A DNA stretch of 63,984 nt, filler included, from Octopus bimaculoides (taxonomy: Eukaryota), in the NCBI RefSeq assembly GCF_001194135.2. It is 4 parts of 4 records of this genome, joined end to end, with 100 filler letters (N's around TTAATTAATTAA, not from the genome) between each part and the next. Parts side by side here need not be neighbours in the genome. Positions count along the whole stretch, not along the records: positions 44,622 to 62,699 come from NC_068985.1; positions 62,800 to 63,984 come from NC_069001.1; 2 more parts are not named here. One strand, 5' to 3'. Each line of letters begins with the position of its first letter. Position 1 is the first letter of the stretch. Made by a program: the position numbers and the translations under genes. Positions 51,913 to 63,984 of the stretch are shown in pieces. A model generated the notes under the pieces. That model was not told the DNA's origin, did not search any database, and saw only the letters and a program-made list of their open reading frames with translations.

Positions 51913-52282
51913 AATGGCCCAGTGGTTAGAGCAACGGACTCGCGGTCATAGGATCGCGGTTACAATTCCCAGACCGGGCGTTGTGAGCGAAAACACCTAA
52001 AGCACCACGAGGCTCCGGCAGGGGATGGTGGCGAACCCTGCTGTACTCTCTCACCACAACTCTCTCTCACTCTTACTTCCTGTTTCTGTTGTGCCTGTAA
52101 TTCAAAGGGTCAGCCTTGTCACACTGTGTCACGCTGAATATCCCCGAAAACTACGTTAAGGGTACGCGTGTCTGTGGAATGCTCAGCCACTTGCACGTTA
52201 ATTTCACGAGCAGGCTGTTCCGTTGATCGGATCGACTGGAACCCTCGACGTCGTAAGCGACGGAGAGCCAACAACAACAACA
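51913..52282 (+). mobile_element. SINE family B with (AAC)n tail
   Basis: Near-identical to 11618 and 41113 copies; 5' end in gap. Confidence 0.9.
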
Positions 52283-53000
52283 GACGTATGTATGTATTTA
52301 TATATGTATGTATGTGCAGATTTGCAAATTTTGCTTTATGTATGTATTCTCATGCATATAGCTACATATCTACACACGCTCATATATACTTAAATGATAA
52401 ACTTGTGGAAAGTTTTACAGATTTTTACAGTTCCAGTAAAATGGATTGGATCTGTAGTCTTGGAATGAGTTTTGAAAAGCTTAATTTCTCAAGATTGGTA
52501 TTTAGGCAGTGTGTTACGCAACCCAGAGCTTCAATAATTACAGGTATAAACCTGATCTTGTAATCTTGATAGAGTAACTTCAGATTTCTCAACAATTCAG
52601 CATAGGTGTTCTCGTTTCACTGATCTTCAGCTTTATGTTAACATCCGCTGGGCAGTTAATTTCCACAACTGTACTCAGTTTCTCTTCTCAATCCCAAATC
52701 ACTATATCAGGTCTGTTGTGCATACATTTTATTCAGGTCTTCACATGTGTGTATGTACGTAGGTATGTTTGTATGTATGTATGCATGTGTGAGAGTGAGG
52801 GTGATAGTCTGCGTGTGTGTGTGTGCGTGTGTGTGTGTGCGTGCGTGTGTATGCGTGTGTGTGTGTGAGCGTACACGTCTGTGTGCATGTATATATGCGT
52901 GTGTGCGTGCGTATGCGTGTGTGTGCACGTGTAATGCGTGTGTGTGTGTGTGTGTGTGTGAAAATTTATAATCTGTATATAAAAGTGGAGGGTGAGAAAA

Positions 53001-53028
53001 TCTTTTACGTTTCGAGCCTACGCTCTTC
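53001..53028 (-). ncRNA. Minimal type I hammerhead-ribozyme-like motif (5' end lost in gap)
   Basis: Minus strand GAAGA-GCGTAGGCTC-GAAAC-GTA-AAAGA: core (CU)GANGA..CGAAA, palindromic ACGT helix III, GUA site; helix II weak. Confidence 0.4.
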
Positions 53029-54174
53029 NNNNNNNNNNNNNNNNNNNNNNNNNNNNNNNNNNNNNNNNNNNNNNNNNNNNNNNNNNNNNNNNNNNNNNNN
53101 NNNNNNNNNNNNNNNNNNNNNNNNNNNNNNNNNNNNNNNNNNNNNNNNNNNNNNNNNNNNNNNNNNNNNNNNNNNNNNNNNNNNNNNNNNNNNNNNNNNN
53201 NNNNNNNNNNNNNNNNNNNNNNNNNNNNNNNNNNNNNNNNNNNNNNNNNNNNNNNNNNNNNNNNNNNNNNNNNNNNNNNNNNNNNNNNNNNNNNNNNNNN
53301 NNNNNNNNNNNNNNNNNNNNNNNNNNNNNNNNNNNNNNNNNNNNNNNNNNNNNNNNNNNNNNNNNNNNNNNNNNNNNNNNNNNNNNNNNNNNNNNNNNNN
53401 NNNNNNNNNNNNNNNNNNNNNNNNNNNNNNNTATATATATATATGCCACACCCATTCACACGAACACGCATATATCTATATACATATATAAATACGCTCA
53501 CATACTCACACTCGCCTACGCGCACACATACACACACACACACACATATTGAAACTGTCGTTACTTGTATTAATCGCAAACGCAACAGGTCTTGCCAATG
53601 GCATCACATTAAGTTGTAAACGCTGCACCTGTGTTGCATCATTCACCACTCTATGTTCGTTGTTTTTAGGTAATTTAGCATATAAACACCACCTCGCACA
53701 AATGTATGCAAATATGTATGTATGTGTGTATGTATGTATGTATGTATCTATCTACCTGTCTGTCCGTCTGTCCGTCTGTCTGTCTGTCTGTCTGTGTTAG
53801 TATGTATGTTATAGGCAGAAATGGCCCTGACGAAAGTAGCATTAAATTTGTTTTAGGTTACTCAGCTTTTCTCAACTGATCAATAGACCAGGTGAGTAAA
53901 TCTATCAGTAAGGTATTTGTAATGACTACTGAAAACAGCTGTTAGTCAAATTTACTTTAGTAAATAAAACATGTAATGGCCTTTATTTATAGTTTGTATA
54001 AATGAATCAGTGGTCGCCATGCCGTCGCATGTGTATATACGTCCCTATATGCCAAGTGGAGCATAGACGGTGAGCTATAAACAAATAGGTGCTGCTTCAG
54101 CAATTGCGATTTACATGGGTCTGAGGCTGAAACCAGAGACACTGCAAGCTAGAATTTCGAAAAGAAGAATTTTT

Positions 54175-54690
54175 CAAGCCCTCTCGTTGTCAACGATAAC
54201 CAAGAAAACCTGATGGTGAAGATGGCGGGTCGCGGCGTCTGGCTATGTCCGATCAATCCAATGCTTGCTGGGAAGGCTCTACCACATATCAGACAATGGC
54301 TGGCTCAAAACTCGGGCAGTTCACGTCCTCTTTTCGCCCTTGCAATGTAGTTCCGTTTGCAGGAGTTGGCATCTCTGTCAGTGTAGTCTGGCCAGGCAAG
54401 TCGATCTTGCGCTTGCGTTTCCCAGCTGTTGAGGGGTTTGGACCCAAATTACTGCCGTAAGGCTTTGAGAATATCTCTTGGAGAGTCGCGTGTCAAGCAT
54501 TCCAGCATGGTGGCCTGTCCACTTGACTTTCACTCTTCTCAGCAGTGTATGAATGATTGTCAGACCACCTCAAGAGAGGATCCCCTTGTCTGGGACCTTC
54601 TCATGCCAGGTGATTTTTCATCAGCTTTCTCAGGCAGTTCATGTAGAAGTGATATAGCTTTTTAGCATGGCGTTCGAAGACCGCCGCTTC
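54175..54690 (-). mobile_element. RTE-clade LINE 3' end
   Basis: VFERHAKKLYHFYMNCLRKL, IHTLLRRVKVKWTGH..MLDTRL, WETQAQDR, terminal IGLIGH motif, all typical of the RTE ORF C-terminus. Confidence 0.8.
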
Positions 54691-56559
54691 TACTGACAAC
54701 CGAACATACAACCAAGACACTGGACAGCTACAATCAAACTAAATGAACAAAACTTTTATCCATTTGTAGCCTGCTGTAATTAAAGTAATTAGTTGTGCAT
54801 GAGGTGAATCTCTTAATATGCAGAGAATGAAAAGACACTCGACTAACCTTTATTTGTTCATAGTAATTCTGATGATATCGTCTTAGCTAATTACAATATT
54901 AGCTAATTACCTGCTTATTACATTTCTTTCTTGTTCGAACCAGGAAAGAAGCACAGGCAGACGTGAGCCAATCTCTTTACTATCAGACTGTTATTTTACG
55001 GAATCTCGTTATAGAAAGCAGCTAGCAACTTTCTTATAATTCTGGATCTCGCAGACTGTATCTTCCCACTCTCATTTACGTATCTCCCATTCAGTTTGAA
55101 GTGTTCTAAGCAACAAAATCAACGACTACTTAAACCTATTAGAAAATCACGAGTTTTAAATCTCACGAGAGATATTCAGCAACGATACAATTATTCTGTG
55201 CTGATTAAGGGAAATAACCCAGACATCACGATACACAGATATTGTTTTGAGTTGAGTGGGGGTGCTAGATTCCCCTGTTCAAATAATATAAGGACACAGA
55301 TCATGTCGTATAGCCAGCTGGAGGCGATGTCTCCTCGGGCTAAATTACAGCAACATTCGTCCTAAACCAGGACTGCCATGTTGTGTTGGCAAACAAGCTT
55401 TACTACTTACGTCTATGTGCATCTGTTCCAAGTCTATTATACGCAAGCAATGGCTTCTCATTGTCTCTCAATAAATTCGTTTTTGATATTTCAAGGAAGT
55501 GGTCCCTGATTGAGTATGTGCTCAGTGGCTTTTATGAGTTCAGCTGCCCCACTCGTAATCTTATAACTAAACCCTCAAATTTACAAGACTCTCGTGGAGT
55601 CTATTGAATGCACAAGTGGTATTTGGATATAAGTTTATACTGCATTTTTAATACTTATACTGTATGGAGATGAAAGGACCCATCCATTAGGTCCCCAGTC
55701 TGCGGATGGGGAAATGACATGTAGATATACAGGTTAGCTACGAACACTCAATAAGCAGTCCCAGACAGAACCACGAGTTGCCTTTTGGCAAGGCACAGCA
55801 CCTGTTAGCCACCCTTTCAGGGTCGCGGTGAAATCCTGAAGCCCTGAAAAGGGTTGAAATGCCGCTATCATTGGAAAGCGGGAAAGTGGTAGGGAATGAA
55901 ATGGAAGACATAAAAATACTTTATCTGTGGATTTCTCCCCACTTCGCAGAACAAATACCACTTTATAAATCTTGACCTGGGAAATCCGTCAGTTTGACTG
56001 GAACTTCAGTTGTCTATATGACCTGCGACGATAGACGAGAAATTAGCAATCGAAAAGCGAAGACATTTAATACTTATCATTTTACAATTCTCCACATTTT
56101 AATGCTAAGTTTTGTTACTGGATATTTGGTAAATCCCTCAGGATCTACCGGGCAGCATTGCGTGTATTCTGTAATAATAGCGGATTAAACATAATAAACG
56201 TCTGTGAGTTAAATCATCTGTTTTCATAAGAGAATACTGTTTATTGAATTTAGAAGCTAATTTTACGCGTCAGTCATGCGAGAAGTATTTAACCAATGAA
56301 AACTCTGTATCTTATATTTTATATTTTCAACTGTATTTATTATTTTTTAATCAGGAGGTCATTTGAAGGTCACGAATTTGCGCCGAAATCCCAACTGGTG
56401 GTTAACTGTTTAGCTACAACAGTAACTTGTTTTTGAGCATGCGTACTTTTGTACATGTGTTTATGTGTGTGCTTTACACACATTTACACACACACATGTA
56501 TACGCATACATATATATACACGCGCCTACCTACCTATATACATATATCTTTAATCTTTG

Positions 56560-56885
56560 ATTTGTTTCAGTCATTAGACTGTGGCCATGCTGGGGCATCG
56601 CCTTGAAGAATTTTTTGTGGAACGAATATGACTCAGGCACTTATTTACTTTTAAAGCCTGGTACTTATTCTATCGGTTGTTTTTTGCCGAACTGCTATGT
56701 TACTGGGACGTAAAGAACGTCAACACGTTGTCAAGTGGTGGGTGAAGACAAACACACACAAGCAAGGCTTTAATCGGCTCTAGGCTGGAGTAGAAGACAA
56801 TTCGCGAAGCTGCCATGCAGTGGGTTTAAACAAGGAACCATGTGTTTCGGAAGCAGACATCTTACCACACAGCCATGCCTGCGCC
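56560..56885 (-). mobile_element. SINE family A-related, diverged
   Basis: GTTTCAGTCATTAGACTGTGGCCATGCTGGGGC tail and CTTACCACACAGCC head. Confidence 0.78.
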
Positions 56886-56887
<2 letters not shown>

Positions 56888-56917
<30 letters not shown>

Positions 56918-57017
56918 TGTATGTATGTATGTATGTATGTATGTATGTATGTATGCATGTATGTATGTATGTATGTATGTATGTATGTATGTATGTATGT
57001 ATGCATGTATGTATGTA
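56888..57017. repeat. (TATG)n microsatellite
   Basis: Direct read. Confidence 0.95.
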
Positions 57018-57044
57018 AGTATCTCGCCATGTCGAACCGCTGAA

Positions 57045-57227
57045 CACTACACAGTTCTTCTCACTGTTTTTATTTTTCATTCTCTCTAGATTTCCTCTTA
57101 TTCCTTTCTGCCGAAGAGCGTAGGCAGGAAACGTAAAAAGACCTTTCCATATTTTCCGAGCATTATACAAATACACCTGCTTATTGTTCCTACACCTGTC
57201 TTCGTCTTTTTGTTTTTCTATAAATAT

Positions 57228-57235
<8 letters not shown>
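57045..57235 (+). repeat. Short repeat carrying a mutated hammerhead-like motif (57101-57140); homologue of 52960-53028
   Basis: TTCCTTTCTG-CCGAAGA-GCGTAGGCAG-GAAAC-GTA-AAAAG shares GAAGAGCGTAGGC..GAAACGTAAAA with the 53 kb copy. Confidence 0.55.
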
Positions 57236-57268
<33 letters not shown>

Positions 57269-58314
57269 TATAGTTTATGTATACGTATGTGTACTTATAT
57301 ATGATTATGCGTTTGAACTTGTGTAAATGTGTGCGGATGCGTGTATACATGATATCACTAGTCTTCATACGACGTAGCATGAAATCAGCTGTCTTAGTCG
57401 ATTGTCTTGCAGTCTTCAATCACAAAACAGCGGACCTCTAATATCATTAACATCAATGACTACTGAATCGCACTTTTGTATTACAGGGAACAGATAGAGC
57501 GCAGTGATGTATTAAAATGAATAATACATACCATATAGTTTACAATGAGATAATCATACAGGAATTTTATCATGACAATAAGATTTGAATCATTGCTCTA
57601 CAAGACATGACGGAGTATTTAGTGAACTTATGACTCTAATATCTCTACATACTGCATTGTCACCAGATCTCTTTAATCACTGTCTTTATCATTTTACTCT
57701 TTCAAAGCAGCGGGAATGTATCAGTATACATAATACATAATGCAATAACCAATGGGGTGATATTTAAAATTAAAACTGCACAAGTATGGGTGTGTGTGTA
57801 TGTATGTATAAGTGTAGGTGTGTATATATATACATATATATATATGCATACANNNNNNNNNNNNNNNNNNNNNNNNNNNNNNNNNNNNNNNNNNNNNNNN
57901 NNNNNNNNNNNNNNNNNNNNNNNNNNNNNNNNNNNNNNNNNNNNNNNNNNNNNNNNNNNNNNNNNNNNNNNNNNNNNNNNNNNNNNNNNNNNNNNNNNNN
58001 NNNNNNNNNNNNNNNNNNNNNNNNNNNNNNNNNNNNNNNNNNNNNNNNNNNNNNNNNNNNNNNNNNNNNNNNNNNNNNNNNNNNNNNNNNNNNNNNNNNN
58101 NNNNNNNNNNNNNNNNNNNNNNNNNNNNNNNNNNNNNNNNNNNNNNNNNNNNNNNNNNNNNNNNNNNNNNNNNNNNNNNNNNNNNNNNNNNNNNNNNNNN
58201 NNNNNNNNNNNNNNNNNNNNNNNNNNNNNNNNNNNNNNNNNNNNNNNNNNNNNNNNNNNNNNNNNNNNNNNNNNNNNNNNNNNNNNNNNNNNNNNNNNNN
58301 NNNNNNNNNNNNNN

Positions 58315-58350
<36 letters not shown>

Positions 58351-58384
58351 CATATGTGTGTGCGTGTGTGTGTATGTGTGTCTT

Positions 58385-58562
58385 TGTGTGTGAATGTGTC
58401 GATATGTTTATAGATCCGTAACTTAGCGGTTTGGTAAAGAAACCAACAGAATACGTATCGGGCTGAAAAAATAAGGAAGCGCTGGGGTCAATTCGTTCGA
58501 CTAAAATTCTTCAAGGTGGTGCCCCAGCATGGCCGTAGTCTAAAGAGTGAAATAGGTAAAAA
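58385..58562 (+). mobile_element. SINE family A, 3' half
   Basis: CGTAACTTAGCGGTT..GGTGCCCCAGCATGGCC tail. Confidence 0.8.
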
Positions 58563-61039
58563 TTAAGAAAATTCTCTTCTGTAAGATGTGTCCCTATGGA
58601 CGCTCAACCTTCCACAGTATTAGGAGAGGTATTTTTCAAAGCCATGGACTAAAACTGCTTTCCGCAGTTTGAAAGCATATATTCGCTTTCGATATTGAAA
58701 GGGTATTGGCGCGGATTAAATACGGTGAAAATCGAACATGGTGGTGGTAAGTCTCAGAACGGAATGGAACATAATTTTATACGTGCACCGCAAAGCAATT
58801 TGTCTGGTTCTCTGCTCTCTGTTGCCCTTAATGGACTTTACTTATTAACACCAATGTCGACATTATTGTTCTTTATATGTGGGTAGTGAATCATGTAAAT
58901 TTACGATAAAAGAACTTTCCTATCTAAATCTTAATGGAGAACTTCTAGAGCAGAGATCTTTGATGTAAAATCCACGACTGACATTTCGTCTGGCGAGAAA
59001 CTAACCGCCAGATTTATCTACTTTAACAGTTTCTTAGTCTGGACAATGTTTTTCCAAATATAGTTTTCGCCATTGAATACATTTGTTATTTATAGAGTCC
59101 TTATAGAAAGACAACAACAACAACAGCAACAAAATGTAAAGCAAGAAGAAAAATCTATAGCCCGTTTAAAGGCAGTCTAGCGAATATAGATTGTCTTAAA
59201 ATTCATGAAGAAATCGTAGAAGGAGAGAAAGAAGGAAAAGTGGTAAGTAGGGAGGTTTGGGGAAGGAAGTGGTGGGGAGAAAGATTGACTGGGGATCGTA
59301 TATCAGGGCAAAATTGTACGAAGCTCGATTAGAACCGGTTCTATGTTGTTTATTGATAGTGAAAAACAATACGTAACGTGAGTTTTATAGACGGAGAAGA
59401 AAATTATTCGACAGTATATGATTCCACTGATTTGTTTGAAGAGAAAAATAAAAAAAACCTTAGCAGTTTTTCAAATACAACAGTCTAAATGTGCATTGTT
59501 TTTTTTGTTTTTGTCTTGCTTTTGACCTATATCTTACAAAGCAGGGATCGTAGTAGTAGAACAATAAACAAATGAAAACTTTTATCCCTAAACATAAACA
59601 TATCACTATATTTTACAGAATCTTCGTGTTATCGTTTTGTAGTCGCAGGGATTTTAAACTCAATAATGAACAAAACTGTTGTAATTGTGTTTCATTTTTA
59701 TTCCAGTTGCATTTTTGTTGAAGTTGGTTTTTAATTTCCCCAGATATAAAATAACGACCGAGTTAGATATTTATCGGTAGTAGCGGTCGTATCAGGTTTG
59801 TTTACCAGGCTGCCGACGTGTCAAATATTCATTGTCTGTTTATTCATTCAATCACTGACATTTTCTCTTTGTTTTTTATTTATTTATATTTTACTTCATT
59901 TATTGTTTAACAAGATTAGAAATCTTATTTTAGATACCAAGTTTATCGATTATTGCTGTTTCGGAAACAGTTATCTCTTGCTAAATCTTGTTGCGAAACC
60001 AAGCGTTATCTATCGAAGAATAAATTCTCAGTTCCTGTATTGTGTATGCATGTCGTTGGGGCTTAGAGACATCTTTGACCTCTATACGATTTAATTTATT
60101 GATACCAGCTCAGACCGAGATTTAAGTAATGATTTTTGTCAGAAGCGAAAGGAAATAGAGTCAATACCAGCCACCTAATACTGACTGATTTCACTGATGT
60201 CAACATGAGAAATGAAAATAGAAATCTTTCAGTTATTTAACGTAATCAATTATTCGACTTGTACCATTTGCACAATTTCATTTAGAACAGAGAGATTAGT
60301 AAATGAACCACTACTTATATGGCGCTCCTCCATTCCTAGCAATGTCAAGTGGATATTCGAGAAAGCATGAACCTCATACAGAATGATTTAGCTTTATTCA
60401 ATATTCAATAAGCTGCTGAATACGTGGGAGCCGAAAAATATCTAAAGAGTTAGTGTATCATTTAACGAACTCATTTTATAAACTCTAATCCTTTCAAATA
60501 ATGTTTACGAAAGTTTACTGCTGCTTACAAGTAAAAGCTTTATCTTTCAACTGCATCAGCTTTATGAAGTTGGAGTTAAGAGCGAGCTCTTATATTCTGT
60601 TATATCTGGCAGATATTTTCTTTGTTAATGCACAAAGATTTGATCTTATAGATTTGTTGAAGATATTCCTGTATTTCCTGATTCTTAATCAACATTCCAC
60701 GCTTAACAAATCAACGAAGATTGCTTCATTGCAACAATAAAACAGATATCATAGCAAACATTACACAGCAGCTTTACTTTCGTCTGTATAACATTTCCGT
60801 CAAAAGTTGAAAATAAATCGCTTGCTAAATAATGGATTACAGTCCATGGCGGAGTGTGACGTCACAAATGCTTGTAAATGCGAACTTAATGTAAAGAAAT
60901 AGGAAATTCGACAGAGAGGCGGGTGATATGTTGCGTTTTGCGGGATACAGGTGATGGTTAACGTGGATTGTGGAATATATGATGGATAATAGCGATTGAC
61001 AAACGTGGAGACTTGAAAAGAGATTTGCTCTTTTGCAGT

Positions 61040-61434
61040 TTATCTTTTAATTCTTTCAGTCATTAAAATGCGGCCATGCTGGGGCACCGCCTTGAAGGAT
61101 CTCAGTCGAAAGAACCCACTCAGGTACTTTTTTTNNNNNNNNNNNNNNNNNNNNNNNNNNNNNNNNNNNNNNNNNNNNNNNNNNNNNNNNNNNNNNNNNN
61201 NNNNNNNNNNNNNNNNNNNNNNNNNNNNNNNNNNNNNNNNNNNNNNNNNNNNNNNNNNNNNNNNNNNNNNNNNNNNNNNNNNNNNNNNNNNNNNNNNNNN
61301 NNNNNNNNNNNNNNNNNNNNNNNNNNNNNNNNNNNNNNNNNNNNNNNNNNNNNNNNNNNNNNNNNNNNNNNNNNNNNNNNNNNNNNNNNNNNNNNNNNNN
61401 NNNNNNNNNNNNNNNNNNNNNNNNNNNNNNNNNN

Positions 61435-61473
<39 letters not shown>

Positions 61474-61625
61474 CGGGTTTCTTTAGTTTTCGTCCACCAA
61501 ATGCATTCAGATGGCTTTGGTCGAGGCTCTAAAAGAAAACCCTTCCCGAAAGTGCCATGCAGTGAGACTGAAACCGGAACTCTGTGGTTACGAAACAAAC
61601 TTCTTACCATACAACCACGCCTGCA
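61040..61625 (-). mobile_element. SINE family A-related copy spanning a gap
   Basis: Tail at 61040-61130, head at 61470-61625. Confidence 0.75.
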
Positions 61626-62699
61626 CCTGTTATATGTAAAATAATTATGATGTTAAAAAATTACACATAGCATTAGAAACTGCAACGACAGTGTGATGGA
61701 GAATTCACGAAAAGAGTAAAGACTGAAAATACGAAAGGTTTAATCTTAACGACTGGAAATTCTGCAATTTGATCTCTGGTATAAGATCAGAATATGCTGC
61801 ATCGTTAGAACCATACAAAGTTAAAACTTGAAATGTTCAAATTAAAATTGTTTGATATGTTAAATCATATTCTATTATAATCTTCTACCTGAAAATATAA
61901 TGTCCTTTTAAAAATGCTGTCCTTAAAAGCTAAAATAAAGAAAAATAATGCATGAAACCACCATTTTAAAAGTGTTAAAAAGATTATGGAGATATAATAT
62001 TCAAAGACAAAATCAACTATCCATACTTGCTCATCCATCATTCCGAAAGATGATGTCAAAACAACATTTCTGGTTGTTGGAGAATGGTTGATCACAACTA
62101 GAAACACGAGAAAATTATAATTTATAACCATTGCAACAAGTTGGTTTTATATCCATAAATTCTCATTAACTAAGTTATGAGAAATACAAATTCCATTGAC
62201 AGTTACAAATATCCACATCCTAAAATTTATTTTGAACAAAATGGCTTTCATAAAAATGAAAATTATCAAAAGCATATCAGCCGTTACTATCTCATCATTG
62301 GTTTCAAATAGAATTTGAGGGAAGATTTGGCTGGTATTTCTGGCAAATAGGGCAACAACTTAGAAGCTCCCTCGTTGATGGTTTATATGGTTCAATGACT
62401 TTCCAATGTTGAATGTGTGGAAATCAAAGATGATTTCTTGAAATCGAAATGATATAACATCACGTTAGATGGAATCCATACGTATACATGATGACAGCTT
62501 CGCATATATTCACATACACGCGTATCCGACACGTTGACACGAGATAGCACAGAGAGATGAACTTACTGCAATGGGTATAATATAATTATGCCCTAACAAG
62601 CGTTTATGATTTATCAGTAGAAGGAGAAAAATTCTATCTCACTCCACACAATATATGTGTATGCATGTATGTGTATGCATTTGTGCATATGCATGTATG

Positions 62700-62799
62700 N
62701 NNNNNNNNNNNNNNNNNNNNNNNNNNNNNNNNNNNNNNNNNNNTTAATTAATTAANNNNNNNNNNNNNNNNNNNNNNNNNNNNNNNNNNNNNNNNNNNN
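62700..62799. other. Artificial assembly linker N44-TTAATTAATTAA-N44
   Basis: Same as the other two. Confidence 0.9.
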
Positions 62800-62831
62800 A
62801 TACATATATGTGAATGTTATTAATATTTGTG

Positions 62832-62879
<48 letters not shown>

Positions 62880-62882
<3 letters not shown>

Positions 62883-63125
62883 GAGATGTGTGGCTTAGTG
62901 GTTAGGGTATCATGATCGTAAAATTGTGGCTTGGATTCCTGGACCGGACGACGCGTTGTATTCTTGAGCAAAACACTTCATTTCACGTTGCTCCAGTCAA
63001 CTCAGCTGGCTAAAATGACCACTCCTGTGACGGACCGGCGTCCTGTCCAAGTGGGTAATACATGCGCCATGAATCCGGGAAGCCGGCCCTTGTGAGTCTC
63101 TATGGCTCCAGCATGGCCTGTAACC
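62880..63125 (+). mobile_element. tRNA-derived SINE family E (Meta/V-like core)
   Basis: GTGTGGCTTAGTGGTTAGG head; TTCTTGAGCAAAACACTT..GCTCCAGTCAACTCAGCT..GACGGACCGGCGTCCTGTCCA. Core assignment is tentative. Confidence 0.7.
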
Positions 63126-63364
63126 TTTATCCTATTTATCTACAAAATGACACTTGAAAAATTTGATAAAAATTATGATGTATGTTAGTATGTATATGTG
63201 CACGCTCAAATTTGATGGGTTTTTTTTCACATTAAAGTCCGATATAACTAGAATCTACATCATCTGAAAGGCAGTTGCAGAAAATTCCAATAAAAATTGC
63301 ACATTTTTCTCTGAGTTATGAGGAAACAAATTCTAGGCCACACTCGTGTAGGTAAGGCGTCACG

Positions 63365-63445
63365 ATAAATAAAATAAAATAAAATAAAATAAAATAAAAT
63401 AAAATAAAATAAAATAAAATAAAATAATAATAATAATAATAATAA
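63365..63445. repeat. (TAAAA)n/(TAA)n microsatellite
   Basis: Direct read. Confidence 0.95.
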
Positions 63446-63457
63446 AAATCAACTAGC

Positions 63458-63845
63458 AGGCGTGGCTGTGTGGTAAGATGCATGCTTCCCAACCACATGG
63501 TTTCGGGTTCAGTCCCACTGTATAACACCTTGGACAAATGTCTTCTACTATAGTCCCTTGGACCAACCAAAGCCTTGTGAGTGGACTTGGTAGACAGAAA
63601 CTGAAATAAGCTTGTCGTATATGTTTTGTGTGTTTGTGTTTGTCCCTCCCCACCGCTTGACAGCCAGTATTGGTGTGTTTACGTCCCCGTTATCTAGCGG
63701 TTTGGCAAAAAGGAACGATACAATAAGTACTAGGGTTTTTTTTCTAAAAAAAAAAAGTCCTGAGATCGATTTGTTCGACTAAAAACCTTTCAAGGCGGTG
63801 CTCCAGCATGGCTGCAGTCAAATGACTGAAACGATTAAAACGAAA
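63458..63845 (+). mobile_element. SINE family A, full length
   Basis: GGCGTGGCTGTGTGGTAAG head through GGCGGTGCTCCAGCATGGC tail. Confidence 0.9.
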
Positions 63846-63984
63846 AAAAAAAAAAGGAAATATCAATAAAGAAAAACAAGTTTGATTTGTTAAAGGCGGG
63901 CGGACCAGTTGCTTGCTGTCAACTGGAAAGCAAGGTGGGACTCGATAAACTCTGGCTGAGTCAAATGACTAATGTTTATTTACA

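Noticed and set aside
54219-54228. YY1 motif AAGATGGCGG as promoter
   Set aside because: Falls within the antisense strand of an RTE 3' end.
8976-61610. Numerous ORFs rich in X, YI, CV, HT or LS repeats
   Set aside because: Produced by N gaps and (TA)n, (GT)n, (CA)n or (CT)n microsatellites.
1-63984. CRISPR array, operon or prokaryotic defence system
   Set aside because: No regularly spaced repeat-spacer structure; the sequence is eukaryotic with spliceosomal introns.

Overview
AT-rich, microsatellite- and retroposon-dense animal genomic DNA with many N gaps. The tRNA-derived SINE families and repeat landscape point to an octopus genome (inference). Three identical artificial 100-bp linkers (N44-TTAATTAATTAA-N44 at 24270-24369, 44522-44621, 62700-62799) split the window into four joined pieces, so adjacency across them is not guaranteed. 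The one clearly identifiable gene is a minus-strand HR96/NR1J-type nuclear receptor with exons 2659-2495, 2209-2092 and 871-366. Their splice phases match, the LBD runs off the window start, and the start exon was not located. A second, unidentified plus-strand gene is suggested by two phase-compatible exons (29601-29645, 34854-35004) inside a strongly CpG-depleted piece. The rest is decayed mobile DNA: Penelope-like GIY-YIG retroelements, HERO- and R4-like RLE LINE ends, RTE and L2/CR1-like LINE fragments, a full-length but inactivated Tc1 element with DD36E spacing, Tigger-, hAT-, piggyBac- and Helitron-type non-autonomous elements, four or more SINE families with shared modules, and hammerhead-ribozyme-like motifs. 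All family calls come from motif recognition by eye; no database search was run. Most ORFs in the supplied track are microsatellite, gap or SINE artefacts. No CRISPR, rRNA or bona fide tRNA gene is supported.
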